A stretch of DNA of 60,960 nt from an uncultured Candidatus Saccharibacteria bacterium (GTDB lineage Bacteria; Patescibacteriota; Minisyncoccia; Minisyncoccales; CG1-02-41-26), in the NCBI GenBank assembly GCA_964348225.1, contig CAYGBM010000025.1, forward strand, positions 1-60,960. Reading direction: 5' to 3'. Positions within the stretch are counted from its first letter, which is position 1; every line of letters starts with the position of its first letter. Below, piece by piece: positions 15,071 through 24,965 of this stretch. The notes beneath the pieces are model-generated. The model saw nothing but the letters and a program-made list of their open reading frames with translations. It did not search any database and was not told the DNA's origin. The position numbers and the translations under genes are program-made.

Positions 15071-15925
15071 ATGCCCCAAAAATTAGAAGGCATTGAGAAT
15101 ATCCAGGGAAATCGGAAAAAATGTCGCCACCTGTCACTTTCAAGAAAGCTTATTACAGGTTTTTATTTTCTTCCGTTTCGCTTGGTTGATAAAATAGACA
15201 ATGCTGGTTTGTTGTTCCAGAAGATTGCCAATACAATTCGTTTCCAGGTTTTTTGGAACAAATATGTAAGGGACAATCCCGATGTCATTATTGTGCCAAG
15301 TTTTGCAAGGGTTAGGTCAAAGCAGGCCATTTGGGATATAGCTTTGAATGCTGTAAACAAAATGGGGGAGGTGGGGAAAATTCTTGAATTTGGTGCTGGC
15401 AATGGCGGTTCTTTGCTCTATTTTTGGCGGCATGTGCCAAAAACAATGCATTTGATAGGCTATGATTGTTTTGAGGGTCTTCCTGAGAAGTGGGATTCTC
15501 TGCCCGCGGGAGCAATCAAGGGATATGGAGCGCCGATTGAACTGTGGGCTGATTATCCTGAAAAACGAAAGGCGATTTTGGCTAATTTAACTCCTGGTAA
15601 ATTTCCTTCACCACCCCAAGAAAATATTTCCATAGAGGCTGGTTTATTCAGCCAAACAGTGCCCAAGCTTTTTAAGGACGGGGTGCCTGCTGATATCCGG
15701 CTTCTGCACTTTGACGCTGATATTTATATGTCAACCAGGCCTATCCTTGATATTGTGGCAGGGCCACTTAATTACAGATATTATATTTTATTTGATGAGT
15801 TTTATTCAGCCAACCACGAATTTAAAGCCTGGATGGAATTTGTGGGGGTTTACAAGGTTGACCGCTGGCGAGTGGTTGCGACTTCTGAAGACGGCTTCCA
15901 AGTATTAATTGAGCTGAATTATTAA
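15071..15925 (+). CDS. TylF/macrocin-O-methyltransferase-like SAM methyltransferase
   Basis: EFGAGNGGS motif and LLHFDADIYMST motif. Confidence 0.6.
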   Translation: MPQKLEGIENIQGNRKKCRHLSLSRKLITGFYFLPFRLVDKIDNAGLLFQKIANTIRFQVFWNKYVRDNPDVIIVPSFARVRSKQAIWDIALNAVNKMGEVGKILEFGAGNGGSLLYFWRHVPKTMHLIGYDCFEGLPEKWDSLPAGAIKGYGAPIELWADYPEKRKAILANLTPGKFPSPPQENISIEAGLFSQTVPKLFKDGVPADIRLLHFDADIYMSTRPILDIVAGPLNYRYYILFDEFYSANHEFKAWMEFVGVYKVDRWRVVATSEDGFQVLIELNY

Positions 15926-15935
15926 TCCTTTGATA

Positions 15936-17093
15936 ATGCCCAAAAAATACAAAATTCTGCATATTATTACCAGATTTATGAAGGGTGGGGGCGCAGAGAA
16001 AAACACTTATTTAACTATTAAGGGGTTAGAAAGTGAGAATTATGAAATTGATTTGGCAATAGGCGGAGATTCTGAAGTAGTTCCGGAAAAAATTAATGTC
16101 ATTAAGATAGATAGCCTGAGGGGCAAGATTAATCCTGTTGCTGAAATTAAAGCTGTACACCAGTTTTACAAGCTAATAAGAAAAAAGAAATATCATTTGG
16201 TTCACACTCACCAATCAAAGGCAGGGTGTATAGGAAGATTGGCAGCGAAGATAGCCGGTGCTCCAATAATTATTCACACCCTTCATGGCCCTCTTTTTCA
16301 CGATAATTTAAACCCCATCATAAGATGGGTTTATATATTGGTTGAGAGGTTTTTAGCAAGGTTTACTGATTGGTTTATTTCAGTGGGAGAAGACCTAAGG
16401 GATTATTATTTAAGAGCGAAAGTAGGAAAACCAGATAGATATTCTATCATTAGAAGTGGAATGGAGCTTGAAAAATTCCGTAATGCCATAAACATTTCCC
16501 AGCAAGATATAAATGAGCTTAAAAAAGATTTAGGCGTTGCCTTGAACGAACCGATTGTTGGCATGGTAGGGAGGTTGGAGCCAGATAAGGGCTGGCAAGA
16601 TGCCGTTGAGGTAGCAAGCGAGATTGCAGGGAAAAACCCTAAGGTTAAATTTTTGTTTGTTGGCAAAGGAGATTATCTTTCAGAACTTGAAAGAATGACT
16701 CATAGGCTTGGGCTTACACGCACAATAGTCTTTACTGGCTACAGAAAAGACATAGAGCAAGTAATGATGCTTTTTGACGTTTTGATTTTTACCTCAATAA
16801 GAGAAGGATTATCCCAGGTGTTGGTGCAAGGTGTTATGCTTGGCAAACCCATAGTTTCATACAATGTTTTGGGGACTCATGAGATGATAAGCGGGAATGG
16901 GTTTATTGTGCCCCTGGGAGATGTTAAAGCTATGGTGAAAAAAATTGATTATTTGCTTTCTGATTTAGAAAGGGCAAGGATAATGGGCAAGAAGGGAAAA
17001 GAACGAAATTTTGATGAATGGAGAATAGAAACAATGGTTCGGCAAATCCAAACACTGTATAACAGCCTTTTGGGTTCAAAAAACTATGATTAA
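15936..17093 (+). CDS. GT4 glycosyltransferase
   Basis: GT-B fold pattern with an E(x7)E region (REGLSQVLVQGVMLGKPIV). The ATG is at 15936. Confidence 0.8.
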   Translation: MPKKYKILHIITRFMKGGGAEKNTYLTIKGLESENYEIDLAIGGDSEVVPEKINVIKIDSLRGKINPVAEIKAVHQFYKLIRKKKYHLVHTHQSKAGCIGRLAAKIAGAPIIIHTLHGPLFHDNLNPIIRWVYILVERFLARFTDWFISVGEDLRDYYLRAKVGKPDRYSIIRSGMELEKFRNAINISQQDINELKKDLGVALNEPIVGMVGRLEPDKGWQDAVEVASEIAGKNPKVKFLFVGKGDYLSELERMTHRLGLTRTIVFTGYRKDIEQVMMLFDVLIFTSIREGLSQVLVQGVMLGKPIVSYNVLGTHEMISGNGFIVPLGDVKAMVKKIDYLLSDLERARIMGKKGKERNFDEWRIETMVRQIQTLYNSLLGSKNYD

Positions 17094-18009
17094 AAAAATA
17101 TTAGTTACAGGAAGCAGTGGCACTATTGGCACGAGATTATGCGAAAAGCTTTTGGAAAAGGGATATGAGGTTGTTGGCGTTGACAAAAAAGAGAACCGAT
17201 GGAAAAAGGATATAAACGACCTGACCTTAATTGGAGATTTAAGACAAAAAGAAATTTTTGGAAAGTTGCCCAGAGATATTGATTTGCTAGCCCACTTAGC
17301 TGCCAATGCCAGAGTTTATAACCTGGTGGTTAAGCCGAGCTTGGCTAGAGATAATTTTGAAACTACTTTCAATACTTTAGAGTTTTGTCGCAAGAACAAC
17401 ATCAAGAAGTTTATTTTTGCTAGCTCAAGAGAAATCTATGGTAATGCAGAAAGGGTGAAGCATAAAGAGGAGGATGTTCGTTTGAGTGGCTGTGAAAGCC
17501 CTTATACTGCTTCTAAAATTGGAGGTGAGGCTTTAACTCATGCTTACCAACAGTGCTATGGCATAGATTTTGTTATTATTCGTTTTTCAAATGTCTATGG
17601 AATGTATGATGATTCAGATAGGGTTATTCCTTTATTTATTAAACTTAGCGGGGAGAACAAAGACCTAACTGTATTTGGCAAAGAAAAGCTCTTAGATTTT
17701 ACTTATATTGATGATGCTGTGTCAGGAGTAATAAAAAGCATTGCTGATTTTGAAAAAGCAAAGAACGATGTCTATAATATTGCTTTTGGTAAGGGAACTA
17801 CTATTGTTGAAGTGGCAGAATTGATTAAAAAATATATGGGGAGTAGAAGTAAGATTTTAATTAAAGAGAACAGAAAGGGTGAGGTGGTTAAATTTATTGC
17901 TGATATTTCCAAGGCTAAGCATAGGTTTGGTTATAACCCTCAAACAGAGTTTGCCGCAGGAGTAAAAAAGGCTATTCAGTGGTATAGGGAAAACCTCTAT
18001 CATGAGTAA
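17086..18009 (+). CDS. NAD-dependent NDP-sugar epimerase/dehydratase (SDR)
   Basis: VTGSSGTIGTRL and YTASKIGGE. It overlaps the upstream gene by 8 nt. Confidence 0.8.
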   Translation: MIKKILVTGSSGTIGTRLCEKLLEKGYEVVGVDKKENRWKKDINDLTLIGDLRQKEIFGKLPRDIDLLAHLAANARVYNLVVKPSLARDNFETTFNTLEFCRKNNIKKFIFASSREIYGNAERVKHKEEDVRLSGCESPYTASKIGGEALTHAYQQCYGIDFVIIRFSNVYGMYDDSDRVIPLFIKLSGENKDLTVFGKEKLLDFTYIDDAVSGVIKSIADFEKAKNDVYNIAFGKGTTIVEVAELIKKYMGSRSKILIKENRKGEVVKFIADISKAKHRFGYNPQTEFAAGVKKAIQWYRENLYHE

Positions 18010-19420
18010 AGAAGATATCCTAATAATAGGAGCAGGGCCTGCTGGTATGGCAGCAGGTTTTGAGTTGCAAAAAGCAGGAAAGCGGTGCACTATCATTGAA
18101 AAGCAAGGGGCAGTTGGGGGGCTTGCCAAAACATTGCAGTATGGAGATTTCAGAACAGACATAGGCCCCCATAGGTTTTTCAGCCAAAACAAATACCTTT
18201 ATGATATGCTCAGAGACTTGCTCGGTGAGCGTTGGGGTAAGGTTGACCGGCTTACCAGATTTTTTATTGGAGGAAAATTTTTTCTTTATCCCATTGACTT
18301 CAAAGAGGCTTTGCTGAAGGTCGGCATTTACAAAGCCTCAAGGATCCTTTTTGATTATTCATTACAAAGAGGTAAGAGGGTATTTGTCAAACGACCAGCT
18401 GTTTCTTTTGAGGAGCAGGTTATCTCAGAGTTCGGCAGGACGCTTGCTGAATTAAATATGCTTAACTATACAGAAAAAATTTGGGGCCTGCCTTGTTCTC
18501 AGATTTCAACTGATTGGTTCCAGCAAAGAATCAAGGGACTTTCTCTGAAAGAGGTTATCAAAAAAATTTTTATAAAGTCAAAAGAAGGGCCCAAGACATT
18601 GGTTGACCAATTTTATTATCCTGATATTGGCACAGGATTAATCTACGAGAGAATGAAAGAGAGGATATTGACGATCGGAAGCAGAATAGAATTTAACAGC
18701 CACCCCATAAAGCTGATTTGCGCTAAGCGTAGAATAAAACAAGCTGTTCTGAGCATTGGAGGAACGCATCATATTCTTGAGCCCCAGTATATTCTCTCTT
18801 CTGTGCCCCTCACAGAGCTTGTTGGGTTATTAGAGCCAGGAGCACCTCAAGGGATATTGGAAAACTTAAAAAAACTGAGATTCAGGTCTGTTGTTGCTTT
18901 CTTTATGACCTTAAAAAAACCTTCAGTTGGGCCTGAGCAATGGATTTATTTCCCTGATAAAGAAATACCTTTTATTAGAATGACAGAGCCGAAAAACTTC
19001 AGCAAAAAAATGTCTCCAGCCAATGAAACTTCTTTACTTTTAGAGTTTTTTTGTTGGGAAAATGACAAGACTTGGAATTTTTCTGCTGGAGAGCTTTTTG
19101 AAATAGCTCTTAAATGGTTAGAAAAGCTTGGATTTGTCAAAAGAGAAGAGGTTATTAACTATTGGATTCACAAAGAAAGACACGCTTATCCTGTATATGA
19201 CTTGCAGTATAGAGAAAATAGGGAAGCTGTTATGAATTATTTAAGGCAGTTTGTGAATCTCCAGCTCATTGGCAGGGCAGGCAGTTTTCGTTACAACAAC
19301 CAGGACCATGCTTTGGAGATGGGAATATTGGCTGCCCGTAATATTATAGAGGGCAATAAATACGACATTGAGCAAGTGGGTTCAGAGCAAAAATATTTTG
19401 AAAGAGGCTACATTAGATAA
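18002..19420 (+). CDS. FAD-dependent oxidoreductase (amine-oxidase/phytoene-desaturase-like)
   Basis: The N-terminal ILIIGAGPAGMAAGFEL..IIEK dinucleotide-binding motif. Confidence 0.7.
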   Translation: MSKEDILIIGAGPAGMAAGFELQKAGKRCTIIEKQGAVGGLAKTLQYGDFRTDIGPHRFFSQNKYLYDMLRDLLGERWGKVDRLTRFFIGGKFFLYPIDFKEALLKVGIYKASRILFDYSLQRGKRVFVKRPAVSFEEQVISEFGRTLAELNMLNYTEKIWGLPCSQISTDWFQQRIKGLSLKEVIKKIFIKSKEGPKTLVDQFYYPDIGTGLIYERMKERILTIGSRIEFNSHPIKLICAKRRIKQAVLSIGGTHHILEPQYILSSVPLTELVGLLEPGAPQGILENLKKLRFRSVVAFFMTLKKPSVGPEQWIYFPDKEIPFIRMTEPKNFSKKMSPANETSLLLEFFCWENDKTWNFSAGELFEIALKWLEKLGFVKREEVINYWIHKERHAYPVYDLQYRENREAVMNYLRQFVNLQLIGRAGSFRYNNQDHALEMGILAARNIIEGNKYDIEQVGSEQKYFERGYIR

Positions 19421-19470
19421 ATTAAAAATTAAGAATTAAAAATTAAAAATTATTTCTACAACAAAAATTC

Positions 19471-19893
19471 ATGCAAATTATTAAAACTTTGAACGGGTTC
19501 TTGCAGATTAACAGCATAAAGCTGTTCTTGAGGTATGTTGTTTTTGCAGGTATTGCTACCCTTGTTGATTTGGGACTTTTATATTTGTTAACAGAGTTTT
19601 TAGACGTTTGGTATTTTTATTCAGCAGCTATTGCTTATCTTTGTGGGATGCTCACTAATTTTTCGTTGAATAAATATTTAAACTTTAGGAATAAAAGCAA
19701 AAAAATAATCCCCCAATTTGGGCTATTTGCTATTGTTGCTTTGGTTGGGTTGGGATTGAATCAGCTTATTTTATATCTTTTGGTGGAATTTGCCGCGATT
19801 CAGTATATGGCAGCGAAAATCATTGCTATTTTCATTGTGATGTTTTGGAGTTTTTTGGGGCACAAAAAACTCACTTTTAAACTATTAAGCTAA
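19471..19893 (+). CDS. GtrA-family membrane protein
   Basis: 140 aa with 4 TM segments, LRYVVFAGIATLVDLGLLYLL, and a C-terminal W.F.GHKKLTF. Confidence 0.7.
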   Translation: MQIIKTLNGFLQINSIKLFLRYVVFAGIATLVDLGLLYLLTEFLDVWYFYSAAIAYLCGMLTNFSLNKYLNFRNKSKKIIPQFGLFAIVALVGLGLNQLILYLLVEFAAIQYMAAKIIAIFIVMFWSFLGHKKLTFKLLS

Positions 19894-19906
19894 CTTTTTT
19901 ATTGAA

Positions 19907-21346
19907 TTACTCTTTTCTAAGCCAAAGATGGATGTAGAGGCTAGGGGAGTAATTTTTTTTTAATATAGTGTTGGTTTTAGTATATTCCTGATTGTCCAAA
20001 TAGATTACCTTTGGTCTTTGGGTGGTTATAACGTGAGCTATATATTCGTCTATTTCTTTTAGCGGTTTGCCGAGTATTGCAGAGCAGGTGTCTTGGAGAA
20101 ACCAACAGTAGTCAGCATCTTTTCTAAAGATTGGATGATACATAGGTTTGAAACTCCAGACTTTGTCTGTGGGGACTGTGTTTTGCAAGATATATCTTTG
20201 GGCCAAGTTGTTTTCTGGAATATGGAAGATCCACTTGAAATAGTTAGCTGTGGCCAATAAAAAGAGAAGAGAACAAAAGACAAGAATCACCGCGATTTTC
20301 TGCTTATTCAATAAAAGGGCAGCAAAGATTAAAGAAAGCGGTAAAAAGGCAATGAGATAGGGGGCGCCCAAGAATCTTTTGAAATAGATTGGCAAAGATA
20401 AGATGTACAAAAACTGGAATAGAGCTAAAAAGAATAGTTTTCCTCTCAGGGTAATCTCCGGTTTCTTGGTTCTTAATCTTTTTATTGCCTTGCAAAGGTA
20501 ATAGAGGAGAGTTACAGGAATAAGCAGCCAAACAAGGGGGTTTCTGATAAATAGTCCCACTAATGAGAACCGCCCCCACCAACCTCCCCCGGGCACAGGC
20601 CATATTTTGTTGACAGTAAAGTTGAAAAACCAATAGGTTGATAAAAGATTTTTTGTGAGCAAGCTGAGATAGTAAGGAGAGATAATAAGCAAGAATCCAC
20701 CTGCAAAATAGAGAAGTCTTCTGAACCTTTTTTTGAGGAATAGAATATCATAAAGAATTAACATTACCAGAGGAATGAGCAGAAACAGGGCTTTTTGGAG
20801 GAACAAGAAGCTTAATCCCATAGCCATTCCTGACAAAAGCAAAACCAAGCTTTGTTCCCCCTGCTTGCTTTGTTCCCTCTGTTTATTGTTTGGCTTTAGA
20901 GAAACAAAGTATAGGTAAATACCAATCAAAGAGCAAAGAAACATTACAGAGTCTGGTCTTGTTTGAATACTTGACCAAATAAAGGGCTGGGCGCTGCCAA
21001 TCAAAAAGAGATACAACAAAACTGCTTTTTTATCAAAACCTGCTTTCTTCACTATTTTATATAAAAAGAACAGGCTCAAGAAGTGGATGAGCATCTGGCT
21101 GAAGCGAGCCAGCATAATGGTTTCTCTGCCTTTAATTAAAAACAAAGATAGAAAATAATAATAAAAACTGTGATGGTGTTCAAAAAAATCTTGATAGGGC
21201 TCATAACCTTGTTTAACCAGCCAAGCAGCGTGCAGGGCTTCAGTATCATCGCCAATCAGGGCTATGCGGAAAACAGAAACAGCTTGAAGCACAAAAAAAA
21301 TACCAACCAATATAATCAATATTTTTTGAAGGCTTATTTTTATCAT
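19907..21346 (-). CDS. GT-C (ArnT/PMT-like, GT39/GT83-type) membrane glycosyltransferase
   Basis: Polytopic membrane protein with an acidic first-loop motif (GDDTEALH) and typical size. Confidence 0.6.
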   Translation of the reverse strand: MIKISLQKILIILVGIFFVLQAVSVFRIALIGDDTEALHAAWLVKQGYEPYQDFFEHHHSFYYYFLSLFLIKGRETIMLARFSQMLIHFLSLFFLYKIVKKAGFDKKAVLLYLFLIGSAQPFIWSSIQTRPDSVMFLCSLIGIYLYFVSLKPNNKQREQSKQGEQSLVLLLSGMAMGLSFLFLQKALFLLIPLVMLILYDILFLKKRFRRLLYFAGGFLLIISPYYLSLLTKNLLSTYWFFNFTVNKIWPVPGGGWWGRFSLVGLFIRNPLVWLLIPVTLLYYLCKAIKRLRTKKPEITLRGKLFFLALFQFLYILSLPIYFKRFLGAPYLIAFLPLSLIFAALLLNKQKIAVILVFCSLLFLLATANYFKWIFHIPENNLAQRYILQNTVPTDKVWSFKPMYHPIFRKDADYCWFLQDTCSAILGKPLKEIDEYIAHVITTQRPKVIYLDNQEYTKTNTILKKNYSPSLYIHLWLRKE

Positions 21347-21455
21347 TCTTCAATTATACTGAAAAGATAAATTGGCGCAAATGAATAATATTGCTGAAGA
21401 AAATTGATTTATGGGAATGCAAGTGATACAATATTAAGTATAATGAGACAATGAT

Positions 21456-21827
21456 ATGTTGCAGACTTTTTTGCTTTTGGCAGTGGCTACTGTAACAACT
21501 GCCAGTGCCCAGCTTTGTTTCAAGAGGGGAATGCTTAAGATAGGGGAGTTAGACTTTTCTCCTTCTAATATTGTTTCCTTGATTGTTCGAGCCATCCACA
21601 GCGGCTGGCTCATAGGCGGGGTATTGTTGATGATAGTGAGTTTCCTATTGTGGCTTTTTATTCTCTCTCGTTTGCAAATAAACATTGCTTATCCCATAAC
21701 CATTGGTCTTCAGACAGTTTTAATTGCAGTTGCTTCTTGGTTTTTATTTAAAGAGTACTTAGCTTTTTACCAAGTTTTAGGGATTGCTATTGTAATTTTG
21801 GGAATTTTCCTTATATTAAAATCTTAA
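21456..21827 (+). CDS. Small EamA/SMR-like transporter (ArnE/ArnF-like flippase subunit candidate)
   Basis: 123 aa with 4 TM segments. It sits next to GT-C and polyprenol-P GT2 genes. A TATAAT lies at 21439-21444. Confidence 0.5.
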   Translation: MLQTFLLLAVATVTTASAQLCFKRGMLKIGELDFSPSNIVSLIVRAIHSGWLIGGVLLMIVSFLLWLFILSRLQINIAYPITIGLQTVLIAVASWFLFKEYLAFYQVLGIAIVILGIFLILKS

Positions 21828-21836
21828 CGAGCATGT

Positions 21837-22889
21837 ATGAGCAAAAAAGTTCTTATAACCGGCTCAGCTGGTTTAATCGGCTCTGAGGCGGTAAAATTTT
21901 TTTGTGAAAGAGGTTTTGAAGTTATAGGTATTGACAATGATATGCGTCAATATTTTTTTGGCAGAGAAGCTAGCACTCAGTGGAACAGAAAACTGCTTGA
22001 AGAAAAGTTTAGTAATTATAAGCATTTTGATATAGATGTCAGGGATAATGAGAAAATAGAGAAAATATTTCAAGATAACAAGTTTGATTTAATTATTCAT
22101 GCAGCCGCCCAGCCCTCTCATGATTGGGCAGCCAAAGAGCCTATTACTGATTTTACTGTTAATGCCAACGGCACCCTTGTTTTACTGGAAATGTGCCGAA
22201 AATACTGCAAAGAAGCAGTTTTTATTTTCACCTCAACCAACAAGGTTTATGGCGACAGGCCCAATACTCTTCCTTTAATAGAGCTTGATTCGCGGTATGA
22301 ATTGCCTCAAAATCATCAATATTACAAAGGCATTGATGAGTCAATGAGCATTGACAAAAGCACCCACAGCCTTTTTGGTGTTTCCAAAATAGCTTCTGAT
22401 GTGATGGTTCAGGAATACGGAAAGTATTTTGGTTTGAAAACAGTAAGCTTCCGAGGAGGCTGTTTGACAGGGCCTGCTCATTCAGGCGCCCAGCTTCATG
22501 GCTTCCTATCCTATCTGGTTAAATGTATTGCCAGTGGCAGGGACTACACTATTTTTGGATACAAAGGCAAACAGGTAAGGGATAATATTCATTCCAGCGA
22601 CTTGATTAATGCTTTTTATCATTTTTATTTAAATCCTCAGCAAGGTGAAGTTTATAATATGGGAGGTAGCAGGCACTCCAATATTTCTATGCTGGAGGCT
22701 ATCAAGAAGATTGAAAAGGTTCTCAACAAAAAAGCTAAATGGAAGTATCGTGCTGAACCCAGGGTTGGCGACCATATCTGGTATATTTCTGATGTTTCAA
22801 AATTCAAATCCCATTACCCGGACTGGGGTTTTAAATACAGCATAGATGAGATTATTGAAGATATTTGCCGCCACGGCCACTTTGAGTAG
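21837..22889 (+). CDS. NDP-sugar epimerase, CDP-paratose-2-epimerase-like SDR
   Basis: [27 protein letters not shown] and GKQVRD. Confidence 0.7.
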   Translation: MSKKVLITGSAGLIGSEAVKFFCERGFEVIGIDNDMRQYFFGREASTQWNRKLLEEKFSNYKHFDIDVRDNEKIEKIFQDNKFDLIIHAAAQPSHDWAAKEPITDFTVNANGTLVLLEMCRKYCKEAVFIFTSTNKVYGDRPNTLPLIELDSRYELPQNHQYYKGIDESMSIDKSTHSLFGVSKIASDVMVQEYGKYFGLKTVSFRGGCLTGPAHSGAQLHGFLSYLVKCIASGRDYTIFGYKGKQVRDNIHSSDLINAFYHFYLNPQQGEVYNMGGSRHSNISMLEAIKKIEKVLNKKAKWKYRAEPRVGDHIWYISDVSKFKSHYPDWGFKYSIDEIIEDICRHGHFE

Positions 22890-22900
22890 GTAAAATTATT

Positions 22901-24316
22901 ATGGAAAAAAAGGAATATTTTGAAAAAGGGGCAAAAGACAGGGATAAGTTTAGAAGCCGTTTTAAATATTTTTATAACAACATAGACAGGCTCACTTGTC
23001 TTTTGGTGCCAGAGGAAAGCCGCGTTTTAGAGGTTGGGTGCAGCACAGGGAGTTTGTGCTGGAAGTTAAAAAAAGAAAAGAAATGTTCTGTTAGAGGAAT
23101 TGATTTTTCAAAGAAATCTATCAGAATTGCGAAAGAGAAATATCCTGAAATTTCTTTTGAGGTAGACGATGTTGAAGATTTAAAAGAAAGGGGAACGTAT
23201 GATTATATAATAATGCAGAACCTTCTTATTTACTTGAATGACATATACAATGCATTGCTTAATTTGAAGGAAATAACCCATAGCAAGAGCAAGCTCTTGA
23301 TTTATTATTACAATTATCTTTGGGAGCCTGTGGTTAAACTTCTGCAAAGGCTAAAAGTTGCGCCTTACATCCCAAACTTAAACTGGCTTAACAATAGCGA
23401 TATCAGGAACTTTTTAGACATTACAGGTTTTGAAGTAATTAAGAAAGGAGAGAGCTTAATTTTCCCATTTTATATTCCTTTTCTCTCAACCTTGCTAAAC
23501 AGATATGTTGCCAGGCTTCCTTTGTTGAGAAACCTTTGCTTTGTAAAATATGTTGTTGCCAAACCCAGAGAGATTGAAAAGCAGTACAAGAGCCTTTATT
23601 CTGTCTCAGTAATTTTGCCAGTTAGAAACGAGAAGGGAAATTTAGAATCTGCCATAAAGCGCATTCCTGAGATGGGAAACAACACAGAAATAATTTTTGT
23701 TGAGAACAACTCAACAGACGGCACCTTAGAGGAGTTAAAAAAACTCATACCCAAGTATGGGTCAGAAAAAGATGTAAAGTTTATCTCTTTGAAAACAAGG
23801 GGTAAGGCTGAGGCAGTATGGGCTGGCTTTGATAAAGCAAGAGGGGATGTGCTGATGATTCTGGACGGTGATTTAACTGTTATGCCTGAAGACTTGCCCA
23901 AATTCTACAAACTGATAGCTCAGGGACATGGTGAGTTTGTTAATGGTTCTCGTCTTGTTTATCCAATGGAAGAGAGAGCCATGAGATTCTTGAATGTTCT
24001 TGGCAACAAGATATTTAGCTGGCTTTTTACTTATCTTTTGGGCCAGAGAATAAAAGACACGCTTTGTGGCACAAAAGTAATTTTTAAAAAAGATTATTTA
24101 AAATTAAAAAAAATCCGCTCTATGTTTGGCGATTTTGACAGATACGGCGATTTTGAATTATTGTTTGGAGCCTCAGCCCTTAACTTAAAGATTGTTGAGA
24201 TGCCCGTAAGGTATCAAGAAAGGATTTATGGAGAAACTCATATGAAAAGGTTCAGCATTGGCTGGTTGTTGTTTAAGATGTGTTTTGTTTGTGCAAAGCA
24301 CATAAAGTTTGTTTAG
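22901..24316 (+). CDS. Fusion of a class I SAM methyltransferase (N-terminal) and a GT2 glycosyltransferase (C-terminal)
   Basis: VLEVGCSTGSL motif I. The C-terminal half has SVILPVRNE.., NNSTDGT and ILDGDLT (DxD). Confidence 0.75.
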   Translation: MEKKEYFEKGAKDRDKFRSRFKYFYNNIDRLTCLLVPEESRVLEVGCSTGSLCWKLKKEKKCSVRGIDFSKKSIRIAKEKYPEISFEVDDVEDLKERGTYDYIIMQNLLIYLNDIYNALLNLKEITHSKSKLLIYYYNYLWEPVVKLLQRLKVAPYIPNLNWLNNSDIRNFLDITGFEVIKKGESLIFPFYIPFLSTLLNRYVARLPLLRNLCFVKYVVAKPREIEKQYKSLYSVSVILPVRNEKGNLESAIKRIPEMGNNTEIIFVENNSTDGTLEELKKLIPKYGSEKDVKFISLKTRGKAEAVWAGFDKARGDVLMILDGDLTVMPEDLPKFYKLIAQGHGEFVNGSRLVYPMEERAMRFLNVLGNKIFSWLFTYLLGQRIKDTLCGTKVIFKKDYLKLKKIRSMFGDFDRYGDFELLFGASALNLKIVEMPVRYQERIYGETHMKRFSIGWLLFKMCFVCAKHIKFV

Positions 24317-24320
24317 GTTT

Positions 24321-24965
24321 ATGAAACTTTATATTCCTCCAAAGAGAAATATTCAAAAGCCTGACAAGGACGACCCGGTTTTTCGGCATTATTTTCCTTT
24401 GGTCGGGTATATCCACAAAAAAAGACTATTCAACACCCTTAAACTTTTAGAAGGTAGAAATCATTACCAAAGAATTTTAGATGTTGGCTATGGAAGCGGT
24501 ATTCTATTCCCTGAATTATCAAGCAGGGCTAAACAGGTTTATGGCTTGGAAGTTCACGAAAAAGAAAGCCTGGTTTCTCGAATGTTAGAAAAAGAGGGTG
24601 TTGCCAATGTTTTTTTAAAGCGGGGGACTATTTTAGAAATGCCCTTCAAAGACAGTTATTTCGATGCTGTTGTTTCTGTAAGCACCTTAGAACACATCAA
24701 GGATTTGGACAGAGCTATTTGCGAGATAAAAAGAATTTTAAAACCAGCAGGGAGAGTTGTTCTTTCGTTCCCTGTAAGAAATGCTGCCACTGATTTTTGT
24801 TTCAGATTGTTGGGATACAAGCCAAGAGAAATTCATCCTTCCAGCCATTCAGATATTATTGCTGCAGCAAAAAGACACTTCAAAATTGAAGAGATACTTA
24901 AATTCCCTAATTTTTCCAATATTGATTACTCGCTTTATTGTTCAATAAAATGCAGAAGAGCTTGA
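24321..24965 (+). CDS. Class I SAM-dependent methyltransferase
   Basis: ILDVGYGSGILF motif I and LKPAGRVVL. The ATG at 24321 lies 5 nt after the upstream stop. Confidence 0.75.
   Translation: MKLYIPPKRNIQKPDKDDPVFRHYFPLVGYIHKKRLFNTLKLLEGRNHYQRILDVGYGSGILFPELSSRAKQVYGLEVHEKESLVSRMLEKEGVANVFLKRGTILEMPFKDSYFDAVVSVSTLEHIKDLDRAICEIKRILKPAGRVVLSFPVRNAATDFCFRLLGYKPREIHPSSHSDIIAAAKRHFKIEEILKFPNFSNIDYSLYCSIKCRRA

Noticed and set aside
19419-19452. AT-rich tandem-like tracts (ATTAAAAATTAAGAATTAAAAATTAAAAATT here, and ATTAAAAATTCAAA repeated twice at 60857-60884)
   Set aside because: These are low-complexity AT repeats. The second tract is translated in frame within murB (KIKNSKLKIQNYNLKFK), and the first lies in a short spacer. 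There is no array structure.
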